A DNA stretch of 63,986 nucleotides, the filler included, from Octopus bimaculoides (Eukaryota), in the NCBI RefSeq assembly GCF_001194135.2. It is 8 parts of 8 records of this genome, joined end to end, with 100 filler letters (N's around TTAATTAATTAA, not from the genome) between each part and the next. Parts side by side here need not be neighbours in the genome. Positions count along the whole stretch, not along the records: positions 41,888 to 54,336 come from NC_069000.1; 7 more parts are not named here. One strand, given 5' to 3'. A program made the position numbers and the translations under genes. The notes under the pieces were generated by a model. That model worked only from the letters and a program-made list of their open reading frames with translations. It had not been told where the DNA came from and ran no database searches. Positions within the stretch are counted from its first letter, which is position 1, and every line of letters starts with the position of its first letter. Positions 42,490 to 53,493 of the stretch are shown here, piece by piece.

Positions 42490-43045
42490 GGTACTACTCA
42501 AGCAGAGCGGATCCGAACGCGCAGTCATGTTACTGAAAGATAAGAAAAAATTAGGTGGACTGAACCACGTTGTACAAGTGGATGAAAGCCTGCTTTTCAA
42601 GAGGAAATATGAGGTTGGCAGAATGGTTGAAAAGTTTTGTGTGATAGGCTTTTACGATGTCACTCAGAAAAAGGGCTNNNNNNNNNNGTTGAAAAGTTTT
42701 GTGTGATAGGCTTTTACGATGTCACTCAGAAAAAGGGCTACCTGCAACATAGAAAGGCTGAAACGTTAGAAGCTGCAATCATTGAAAATGTGGAGCCAGG
42801 AACTACGATTTTCACGGATATGTGGCCCATTCTGGTCACCTATAAAACGTAGACTGAAATATAAAAGTGGATCATGTGGTAACATGAAACGGTCACATAT
42901 TGATGAGCCAATGTACCGTGATTATTACGATATGAAGTGTGGGAACACATGTATTCATTTGCACGCGCGCACTTTTCGTAGGATCGACCACTCACGACTA
43001 GCTAGCGCGACTGCGCGTTCGGGTCCGCTCTGCTTGAGTAGTACC
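42490..43045 (+). mobile_element. Merlin (IS1016/ISXO2-like DDE) DNA transposon, internally deleted
   Basis: 37-bp TIRs 42490-42526 / 43009-43045 (1 mismatch); 8-bp TSD CATTACCG (42482-42489, 43046-43053); internal KKLGGLNHVVQVDESLLFKRKYEVGR...IIENVEPGTTIFTDMWP resembles the IS1595/Merlin GG...VEIDES...KRKY..GR...PG..I.SD.W motifs. Confidence 0.9.
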
Positions 43046-43454
43046 CATTACCGTATAGTGCGTTTGTTTTAAATTACTTGAAAATATGAAAAGACAACAT
43101 TAAATAGAAAAAAAAAAATTAATGGCCCACTAAACTCAAACCTTCTCCCCCTCAGATGCATACAGTTCTCAAACTTTAAACACATAAACACACTATACGA
43201 TCATGTAATCAGTATAGGGAGGAGATACGCCAGTGGAGGTGCGCTTCACAACGGAGGAGGAAGCAAAAAGCACTCTACAGAGGCAATAAGGACAGAGGAA
43301 TGGGTGCTCTTGCCTTCGTACTGCGGCAAACGTGTGGCCAAGGTGCGAGTGAGTAAGGTGCCATCCGAACTGAAACTTTAAATACATAAACACACTATAC
43401 GATCATGTAATCAGTATGCGTGCGCGCAACGACCAGATGTTGTTGCGTAGGAAA

Positions 43455-44230
43455 ATGTTTTTTTTTTTTAAATGAAATTTTATATAAATACCCTTCAAAC
43501 AGCATGCATTATGGTTATAAAGAAATTTGTGGGTAAATTTTTTTTTCGAAGGTGTAGGGAGAGGACTCTGAAAAATTCACAAGATCCAAGGTTTTCGCCC
43601 ATAACTTTGAGGAAAATAAATATCTTTTAATGAAGTTGTATATGAATACCTTTCAAGCGACATGCATTATGCATACCTTTTGTGTGGTAAACCCTTTATT
43701 TTTGTTCAGAAGAAAAAAATCAGTAGAGGACCCCAAAAAATGCGTTTTTGAAGGTGAGGTGCAAAACTGCAATTTAGCCCTCTAAAACGTAGGAATCTGA
43801 AAAAATATTTTCAAAAAAATGCCATTTGAAAGGTATTTATATAAAATTTCATTTTAAAAAACCCCATGTTCCTCAAAGTTATGAAGGAAAAACTCAGATC
43901 TTGAGAATTTTCTGACTACCCTATTGCTTTCCGCACATTTTGTTTTCATATTCGTTTTCCTACACATTTTTTACACCCGTTGCACTAGTTTTTTTTTTTT
44001 TTTTTCGTTTCCAGGTAATATTCTAAACATTAACCAAAGATACCCATTATGAGGGAAAAAATCAGATCGTGTGAATTATCCCAAAATCCTCTCCCCACCC
44101 CTTCAAAAAACTTTTTCCCCACAAATTTCTTTATAATGGTAATCTGTGCCATTTCTATAAAATTTCAAATATATATATCCATTTGCCTGAAAGTTGTGAG
44201 GGAAAAATTGGATCGTGTTCATTTATGCAA
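43455..44230. repeat. Modular direct and inverted repeat block (foldback-like)
   Basis: 43470-43499 vs 43825-43854 inverted (1 mismatch in 30 bp); CATAACTTTGAGGAA 43600-43614 vs 43869-43883 perfectly inverted; further module copies at about 43630 and 44050-44230. Confidence 0.7.
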
Positions 44231-44624
44231 ATTTTTTATTATTTATTCGTCTTCTACACATTTTTTTACACCTATAAGATTGAATTTTAGGGGGTTTTTT
44301 GGGTGACTGGGAGTTAAAATAAACATTAATCCATAGGTTAAAGTAAACATTAACTATATATGTATAGGCCGGTTTATGGGATTACCTTAAGTTTCCCATC
44401 CATAAAGGGTTTAGCTTTATGGCATATTATCAGATTCCAAAACCTATTGGATCAAGATGTCTTAAAAATATGGAGAACAAAATACCTCACTACTCAAAGG
44501 TTACAATGGTGATTTCTCCCTTGGCTATCAACTTCTGGCTCTGCCACAATCTTATGGGCTCTAAAAGGCTTGCAGGATTCTCCTAAGATGTAAACATGGC
44601 CTGAAAATCTCCATTCTGGAGTTA

Positions 44625-44800
44625 GGAAATCCTTTAGAATTATCGCCTGTTCAGCTATGCATAATTTGCAATATTTTGTCCCATTGATGTAGGGGTCTGG
44701 GTACTTGAGGATTTTCCATGAGATCAAGTATGGAATTCCATTGTCTCTCAGTTGCCAGTCATGTTATGTATCTCGTTTCTGGAACTCCGGTGGGCATATG
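44625..44800 (-). mobile_element. Penelope-like element, GIY-YIG endonuclease C-terminal fragment
   Basis: WQLRDNGIPYLISWKILKYPDPYINGTKYCKLCIAEQAIILK. Confidence 0.75.
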
Positions 44801-44967
44801 TATCAACCAGTTTTGCTGTTGTTGCTGTCACTGTTATCGTTGTTGGAGCTAGGACTGCTGGTGTTGGCGTTGCTGGAGGTGGTGGCGGTAGTAATGGTAT
44901 CAATGGTATTGCCACTACCAGTGATGGTGAAGGTGCTGTTGTCATTATTGTGGTTCATGCATACATA

Positions 44968-46090
44968 TGAGGGGGATACCCATAAGAAACCAGAATTTTG
45001 CAATATTATTTTACTCACTTAGTTTTACATGTTTACACTTTTATCACTGTCAAAGTATTCTCCACTTGAAGCAGTGCATCAGTCCAGATGCATTTTTCCA
45101 CTATCCAAGACAGTCCTGGAACTTTTGCGAAGTGATGCCTTTTAATGCTTCTGTTGTTTTCTCCTTCACCTCTTCAAAACGTTTTCCTTTAAAAACTTTT
45201 TATCGTTTGGGAGAACAGAAAAAGTTGCAGGGAGCAAGATCGGGCTAATAAAGAGGCTGGGTAAGCAAGGTCATGCCAGTTTTGGCAAAAAACTGTTTCA
45301 CATTCAAAGCGGTGTGCACAAGGTGCATTGTAATGATGAAACCACCACTCTTCACTTTGCCACAGGTCAGGGCATTTTATTCTCATCACGTCTTGCAAAC
45401 TCTTCAGAACTGCCAAGTAGAATATCTGGTTAACAGTTTGGTCAGGAGGAACAAATTCTGTAGACAATTCCTTTCACATCAATGAAACAAATCAGCATCA
45501 TCTTGACATTGGACCTTCATTTGATGTACTTTTCATGGTTGTGGTGACATTGAATGTTTCCATTGACTTGATTGCTGCTTCATTTCTGGGTTGTAGCCAT
45601 AGCACCAGCTTTCATCACCAGTGATGACCTTCAGAAAAAGATTCAGATCAACTTCCAACTGTCTTTTCAGTTCATGACATGTATTCAGTCGTGACTACTT
45701 TTGATCTCCCATGCGCAAGCGAGAGACAAATTTTATTGCAACTCTTTTTATTTGCAGTTACTTGCTCAAAATTCGTTGGCAGGAGCTCCAGGACACACCA
45801 GTCATATCAACAAGTTCATCAATTGTTCAATGACAGTGCCCCAAGACCAGTTCATGAATTTTCGTGATGTTTTCATTCATTTCGGAGGTCAATGGTCACC
45901 CCGAACAAGATTGGTCTTCAGATGACAAGTGACCATTCCCAAAGCATGAAAACCACTCGTAAACTTGTGTTTTGCTCATGGCAATGGTCTTGTAAGCAGT
46001 TTGGAGCATGACAACTGTTTTGACTGCCATTTCCCCAGCAGAAAATAGAATTTCCTTTGTTTCAGCCATCACAAAAATTGACAAAATTAT
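44968..46090 (-). mobile_element. Near full-length degenerate mariner transposase with one TIR
   Basis: MSKTQVYEWF, VITGDESWCYGYNPE, TEFVPPDQTVNQIFYLAVL, FHHYNAPCAH, PDLAPCNFF; TA|TGAGGGGGATACCCATAAGAAACC TIR-like end at 44968. Confidence 0.9.
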
Positions 46091-46500
46091 CTTTTACATA
46101 TCTTTTTTAAATCACATGCATACGTACACACTGTCAAACACATACACACTCATTCTATATTGTAAATCCATAGTTATGCTCCAGTTATACTGTTTTTTAC
46201 ATAGAGTGGTGTACAAGACAATTACCTATTTTCCTTCATTGTAGTAAATTTGACATAGTTGCTTCCAGTAGCCATTATAAATTCATTATTGATAGGTTTA
46301 AACTTGCTACTTTCATCATAGTTATTTCTGGCTACCTAAAATAGCTATGATGAAAATAGCATTAATTTTCCAGGTTATTCAATTTCTCTCAACTGATCAA
46401 TGGACCAATTGAGTAAACCTATCAATAACGAACCTATAACAACTGGAAACAACTGTAAGTCAAATTTACTACAATAAAGGAAAATATATATATATATTGA

Positions 46501-47565
46501 AAAAGTGCCACACCCTAGCAGTTGAGGGAGCCTGTGGAAGAGGTAGGCCCAGGAAGACCGGGGATGAAGTGGTGAGGCACGACCTTCGAACATTGGGCCT
46601 CACTGAAGCGATGACTTCTGACCGAGACCTTTGGAAATATGCGGTGCGTGAGAAGACCCGGCAAGCCAAGTGAGACCTAAATCTAAGGCCTCAGCCAGTC
46701 CACTTATGTGTACCTTCCTTCATTGGACACTAAACTCCACTTGCAAAGACCTGTTGAGGCAAGTGAAATCGAAATCGAGTTAAATTNNNNNNNNNNNNNN
46801 NNNNNNNNNNNNNNNNNNNNNNNNNNNNNNNNNNNNNNNNNNNNNNNNNNNNNNNNNNNNNNNNNNNNNNNNNNNNNNNNNNNNNNNNNNNNNNNNNNNA
46901 GTGGTGAGGCACGACCTTCGAACATTGGGCCTCACTGAAGCGATGACTTCTGACCGAGACCTTTGGAAATATGCGGTGCGTGAGAAGACCCGGCAAGCCA
47001 AGTGAGACCTAAATCTAAGGCCTCAGCCAGTCCACTTATGTGTACCTTCCTTCATTGGACTCCACTTGTGAAGACTTGTTGAGGCAAGTGAAATCGAAAT
47101 CGAGTTAAATTCGATGACTGGCACCCATGCCAACGTCGTCTCCTTCATTGGACACGAAACTCAGCTTGCAAAGACTTATTGGGGCAAGCGAAAGCGAAAT
47201 CATGATGGCACCTGTGCCCAGCGTCGCCTTTCTGGCACTTGTGCCCGTGCCATGCGTAAGAACTTTCGAGCGAGATCGTTGCCAGTGCCCCTGGGCTGGC
47301 TCTTGTATGGGTGGCACATAAAAGACACCATTTCGAGCGTGGCCGTTGCCAGTACCGCCTGACTGGCCTTCGTGCGGGTGACACGTAAAAGCACCCACTA
47401 AACTCTCTGAGTGGTTGGCGTTAGGAAGGGCATCCAGCTGTAGAAACTCTGCCAAATCAGATTGGAGCCTGGTGTAGCCATCTGGTTTCACCAGTCCTCA
47501 GTCAAATCGTCCAACCCATGCTAGCATGGAAAGCAGACGTTAAATGATGATGATGATGATGATGA

Positions 47566-47569
<4 letters not shown>
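46501..47569 (+). mobile_element. RTE-clade LINE 3' end (ORF C-terminus, long 3' UTR, (GAT)n tail)
   Basis: LAVEGACGRGRPRKTGDEVVRHDLRTLGLTEAMTSDRDLWKYAVREKTRQAK*; tail gacgttaaatgatgatgat. Confidence 0.88.
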
Positions 47570-47599
<30 letters not shown>

Positions 47600-47610
47600 C
47601 TTATCTCATA

Positions 47611-48415
47611 TATTAGGATGTTCTGAAAGCAATTGTGTTTTTTCACCACTATGTAATGTAAATCAGTCAATCACCTTAGAGCCAAGGTCAAATGGGTGGG
47701 AACTGTCTAGAAATAGAATATAATCTCTTCTATCTGGCAGTGTGCCATTCATAGTTATTTTGGTAATTAACCTCATGGAGGATAAGAACTTTATGAAACA
47801 ACATATTGATCATTGTATGAATTTCAAGAGAAAAGTACTGCTATAAAAACAACGAAAACATCCGTGAAGTGTATCCAGATAAAGTGAAAGCTCGTACATG
47901 TCAGCTGTGGTTTAAAAGGTTTGAAGATGGTGATTGTAACATATCTGACAAGCTTCACTCTGGAAGATGACCCACTCTGAATGATAACCTTTTGAATGAG
48001 ACTATTTATTGTATTGGATCCACATCAAAGCACCATGTAGCACAAAAATTTAATATATGTCATGTCCAACTATCCACAGACATCTCAAGCAAATTGGGAA
48101 TTTGATTTCCACATAAGCTTACACTTGAGAACCGAACAACACATTCCATCATCTGCAGCAGTCTTCTAACCAGAAGTAACAGCCTGTCATTTCTGCACTG
48201 CATTGTTACAGGTGATGAAAAATGAGTTTTGCATCACAACAGAAAACAGAAAAGACAATGGTTATCATGTAATGAGAGGCCAGTGCCAGCACCAAAACCA
48301 GAGCTCCATCCACAAAAGTCCTTGCTCTATGTTTGGTGGAACATGAAAGGTATCATCCATTACGAGCTATGGGAACATGGAAGCTCTATCAATGCAGATG
48401 TCTGTTGCAAACAGA
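47611..48415 (+). mobile_element. Degenerate mariner of Mos1/Hsmar1-like type, 3'-truncated
   Basis: TATTAGGATGTTCTGAAAGCAATTG TIR-like start; CQLWFKRFEDGD, IVTGDEK*V, KPELHPQKSLLYVWWNMKGIIHYEL. Confidence 0.88.
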
Positions 48416-48549
48416 CATGGTCGGGGGAGGGGGTTATACAGTGATGATGTTTTGTTCACTTTCATAAACCTACCATGTTAAAATAGAATAGTATAGGAAA
48501 GAAATTATTTAAGTTTTCAAAGGGCTAGAATTATCCATCTCAGTAGAGG

Positions 48550-48740
48550 AAGAGCATACCATAGTTAATATCTTGGATATTAATTTAGATTTGAGTATGA
48601 GAGTATTCCAACAATACCATAAACCTAATGACAACCTCAGGTGTATCAACTTGAACAGTAATTATCCTAAAAGTATAACCAATTCCATAGACAATAACAT
48701 CTCTATTTGCATTCAGTTATTAACCAAATTGAACACTGTT
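48550..48740 (+). mobile_element. Penelope-like element, RT thumb-region fragment
   Basis: IVNILDINLDLSMRVFQQYHKPNDNLRCINLNSNYPKSITNSI resembles PLE VNFLDV.L.L...Y..YRKPN....YI...SNHP..I. Confidence 0.7.
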
Positions 48741-49361
48741 AACATTTTTGAAGAGGACTGGTGCCTAGCTACATTTTGGCATAAACAAAATGAGATTTGA
48801 TCCAGTAGAAAAAGGTTTACATAAAAATTTGAGGCAACGTTATAGGAGAGTAAGTAACACCACCAATCAAGTTTAGATCTAAATAACATTTTTATTTTAA
48901 AAGCAAAATATATTTATCTTAGCTTCAGTGATAGAAGAGAGCATGAAGAATTTCATAGTTTTGTTTCCATGCAACAAAAATTTGTATAAAAAGTTGTGAG
49001 GTAAAATATCATGAAAAAAATATAAGTAAAGCAAAAAATTGGATTTAAGTATAATTAACTTTTTTATTTTAAAAACAAACTATATTTTAATTAAGCTTAA
49101 ATGATAGAGCTCAATTCAAGGAATTTCATGGTATCAATCTCATGCAATGAAGTTTTAAAAGAAAAATGTTATGAGTGTTTGTTTCTCAAATTTAAGGGTG
49201 CTAATATAGTTTTATCCTTTTTTATGAATATAGTCCTCTGAGGGGACTTTTAATATATGTCGCTGGCGTCATTGAGATAAAAAATTAACAACAATGCTAA
49301 CTAACACATTTGACACATTATTAATTAGTATAATAGCATAGCCTGGCAAAAATGTGGATTA

Positions 49362-50203
49362 CATGGAAAAATGTGAGCAAGAGAAATAATATTCTTAGGA
49401 TTATAATTACAAGACAAGTTATTACATCTGGTAAAGTACAGAACAAGAAAATTTTTACTTAAAATATTGCAGCTAACGATAAAGTTTGTATATAAAAATT
49501 ATTTTATTTTAATTTACAAAGTAACATTATAATTAAAAAGGTACCATCGTTTTGTTAAAATATTGACACACTAGAATACTTAAAAAATGAGAGTCAGAGG
49601 TATCAATATAGCTAAAGTTTTATGCAAAGTAGAATAGTACATATGGTAGGCAAATTCATTATGTAAAAAATAGGCATTGGGTCAAGACTAAAAATGTGAA
49701 GACTTGGATATAACTTAGGAAATAACTCAAGCAAATTTTACTATGAATTTGTTGTTATAGGTAGATTTTACTGTAATAGATAACTAATCTTTGTATTATT
49801 CTATTTATTGTACTAACTAATTATGTACTACTATTACTTTTTATGATCTATTTTCAAATTTCTAATTATTAATAAATAATTTTTTTAATTAATTTTTTTT
49901 AAAGTGCAAAAAATATTTTGAGTTATTTTTAATTTTTAATAGAAGTAACAAGTTATAACAAATAGAAGTAATAACTTGTAATAAAATTTTTGGTTTTAAT
50001 AAAAGCTAATATTTTCTAAATCTAAATATTTTTTTTTGAAACTTTATCCTTAGCTGCGATATTCTAAGTAAAAATTTTCTTGTTCTGTACTTTACCAGAT
50101 ATAATAAGTTGTCCTGAACTTTTCCAACTGTAAAAACTTGTCCTGTACTTTTCCAGGTTTATAATCTTAAGAATATTATTTCTCTTGCTTGCATTTTTCC
50201 ATG
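49362..50203. mobile_element. Non-autonomous long-TIR DNA element (MITE/foldback)
   Basis: Arms 49362-49487 and 50039-50203 are reverse-complementary; termini TA|CATGGAAAAA ... TTTTTCCATG|TA; AT-rich non-coding interior. Confidence 0.8.
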
Positions 50204-50502
50204 TAATAACGTATGAGGAAATTCCTATTAAAGGACAAAGATAAATTCATCCAGATAAATATATAATATATAATATATATTTACACACACACACACTACA
50301 TTTATATGAGTTTGATTGTCATGAGATGTGCTACTTCTGAATGTGTACATATCTGACTGGATTTGAACTACAAACTTTTATTTCTAAACCAAGAGTATAC
50401 AGCCAAGAATAAGATAACTGATGACGATCATTGATGAAATGGATTGAAATAATTGGGAAAATTATAATCTTAGTTTTTTTTAAAATTTTTTACTTCTTCT
50501 AG

Positions 50503-50697
50503 TAAAAGGTAAATTGGTACCACATAAGCTGTCCGAGTCATTTCCTCTTCTAAGAATGGTCTGTGAGAAAGAAAAAAAGGTAATGTTTGCTGGTGATTCC
50601 TCTGAACATTCATCTGAATTTGAGCCTCAAGACATCTTAGATTTCCTGACCGATTCCAAAAATTTTGATGTCAGTTTGTCAGAGTCGTTTACACCTG
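50503..50697 (+). CDS. Internal coding exon, product not recognised
   Basis: Acceptor tttttacttcttctag|, donor CTG|GTATGT, 195 nt symmetric phase 1, open frame KGKLVPHKLSESFPLLRMVCEKEKKVMFAGDSSEHSSEFEPQDILDFLTDSKNFDVSLSESFTP. Confidence 0.68.
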
Positions 50698-50978
50698 GTA
50701 TGTATTTTTTTAAATGAAATATTTTTCATTGGTATTTATCTTTCCTTTGATATTTTACTTGTTTCAGTCATTGACCGTGGCCATGCTGGAACACCGCTTT
50801 TTATCTGGTACTTATTCTATTGGTCTCTCTCTTTTGCTGAACCACTAAGTTACTAGGATGTAAACAAACACTAGCTGGTAGTGGTGGGGAACAAACACAA
50901 TCGCAAAAACACTCACACACTCTCTCTCTTTCTGTCTCTCTCTGTCTCTGTCTCTCTCTCTCTCACACACGCACATAC

Positions 50979-51133
50979 ATGAGTTCAAATTCCCCTGAGG
51001 CCAACTTTGCCTTTCATCCTTTTGGGGTTGATAAATTAAGGACCAGTTACATACTGGGGTCGATGTAATCGACTGGTCCCCTCTCCAAAAATGTCAGGTC
51101 TTGTGCCTCCAGTAGAAAGGATTATAATTATTA

Positions 51134-51176
<43 letters not shown>

Positions 51177-51608
51177 CATTTTTTTTTAAGCAGCAAGCTG
51201 GCAGAATCACTAGCATGCTGGGCAAAATGCTTAGAAGCATTTCATCCATCTTTACATTCTGAGTTCAAATTCCACTGAGGTCAACTTTGCCTTTCATCCT
51301 TTCAGGGTCGATAAAATAAGTACCAGTTGAGTACTGGGGTCGATGTAATCAACTGCCCCCACTTCCCCCAAATTTCAGGCCTTTTGCCTAGTGTAGAAAT
51401 AATTGTTATTATTATTATAAATGCAGTGAACTAGTAGAATCATTAGCAGCATTTTTCTGTCTTTATGTTCTGAGTTCAAATTTTGCTGAGGCTGACTTTG
51501 CTTTTCATTCTTTCAGGGTCGATAAAATAAATACCAGCTGAGTACTGGGGTCAATGTAATTGATTTATCCCCTCCCCGAAATTGCTGGCTTTTTGCCAAA
51601 ATTTGAAA
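50979..51608 (+). mobile_element. Three consecutive same-strand SINE family B copies
   Basis: Copies at about 50979-51120, 51188-51400 and 51420-51608, separated by (ATT)n. Confidence 0.88.
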
Positions 51609-51631
51609 AGAATATATATTAGTATAGTGTT

Positions 51632-52018
51632 GTTGTTGTTGGCACTCTGTCGCTTACGACGTCGAGGGTTCCAGTTGATCCGATTAATGGAACAGCCTGC
51701 TCGTGAAATTAACGTGCAAGTGGCTGAGCACTCCACAGACATGTGTACTCTTAATGTAGTTCTCGGGGATATTCAGCATGACACGGTGTGACAAGGCTGA
51801 CCCTTTGAATTACAGGCACAACAGATACAGAAAGTAAGAGTGAGAGAAAGTTGTGGTGAAAGTGTACAGCAGGGTTCGCCACCATCCCCTGCAGGAGCCT
51901 TGTGGAGCTTTAGGTGTTTTCGCTCAATAAACACTCACAACGCCCGGTCTGGGAATCGAAACCGCGATCTTGTGACCACGAGTCTGCTGCCCTAACCACT
52001 GGGCCATTATGCTTCCAC
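51632..52018 (-). mobile_element. Full-length SINE, family A
   Basis: 12-bp TSD TAGTATAGTGTT (51620-51631, 52019-52030). Confidence 0.93.
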
Positions 52019-53109
52019 TAGTATAGTGTTAACTATATGCTAATACAATATTAACCAGGTCAGTTGAATATTTTATGCTAACGAATCTGGGAAACTGTTG
52101 TCTAAGACTTTTTATGATAAATACAAAGAATGCCTAAGATATTTTTCTATTGTATAGTTGATGAACAAGCCATGTTTATGGATGGTATGTCATATTTATA
52201 TTGAATTAATGATAACTTTTTTTATAATTTCATATTTATTTAATATAGTAAAGGGAGACTTATCTAATTAAAATTTTTTTTTTAGTTAATTTAAAACCAA
52301 TTTAGGAATATTGAGTGAAACCTAGTAACCAGTTGATCTACAAACTGGACCTCATCTCATTGAGGGGTGCCAGTGTGCAATAATGTTGTAGAGAAGAAGG
52401 CCCCAAAATGGCACACATTCTTTCCTGATGACCCCATAAGCTTATGGGATTATTGTCTTTAGACAAAGGTGATATAATCAATGTTTAAATGCCTTTGGTC
52501 ACAGATCTGCTCAAGTATGGCTGACCTGTATCTAGACCACAACATCATTTATATTTCTAATATCCTTGAGAAAAGTAAGAAGATTATGAAGAGAAACAGC
52601 ATAGTTTCTCCTCATAAATTTGTACTCTTGTGATTAAGAAATACATTTTAACAGATTCCAGTTGAGCAATGTAAGTGACATTTTGATATTTTCTTCAGAA
52701 TTTTATTTGATTTTCATTTTTATTTTAAATCTTAATCAGAGTTTCAATGAACAAATGTAGAATAATATTTATGTTCAAATTATGCAATAGAAGCAGCTCT
52801 ATAGTAAAACCTTTAGTAATATAACATACGTAATGTCTGTGTGTAGTTGAAAAGCCAGAAAATAGTTTTTCGTCCAGGTAAAACTCCCTTATAGACATAT
52901 TGCATTAAAAATACAGACTTCAGAACTAGACAAAAAAAAAAAAATCACACTAGAAGTGACCATGAGAGTGACAAATACTTATTTCACTATGGTTGCAGCT
53001 TCTCAATGTCATGTACTCATGTCACTTCTGAAAGGAAATAAAATCAGCTAATCTTGAGATATATAGAGATAGGATATCAGCTATACACTAGTTTGTGAAA
53101 GCACCACAT

Positions 53110-53493
53110 GTTGTTGGCACTCCGTCGCTTACGACGTTGAGGGTTCCAATTGATTCGATCAACAGAACAGCCTGCTCGTGAAATTAACGTGCAAGTGGCT
53201 GAGCACTCCACAGACACGTGTACCCTTAACATAGTTCTCGGGGATATTCAGCGTGACACAGTGTGACAAGGCTGACCCTTTGAATTACAGGAACAACAAA
53301 AACAGGAAGTAAGAGTGAGAGAAAGTTGTGGTGGAAGAGTACAGCAGGGTTCGCCATCATCCCCTGCCGGACCCTTGTGGAGCTTTAGGTGTTTTCACTC
53401 AATAAACACTCACAACGCCTGGTCTGGGAATCAAAACCGCGATCCTATGACCGCGAGTCCGCTGCCCTAACCACTGGGCCATTGCGTCTCTAC
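53110..53493 (-). mobile_element. Full-length SINE, family A
   Basis: 13-bp TSD GAAAGCACCACAT (53097-53109, 53494-53506). Confidence 0.93.
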
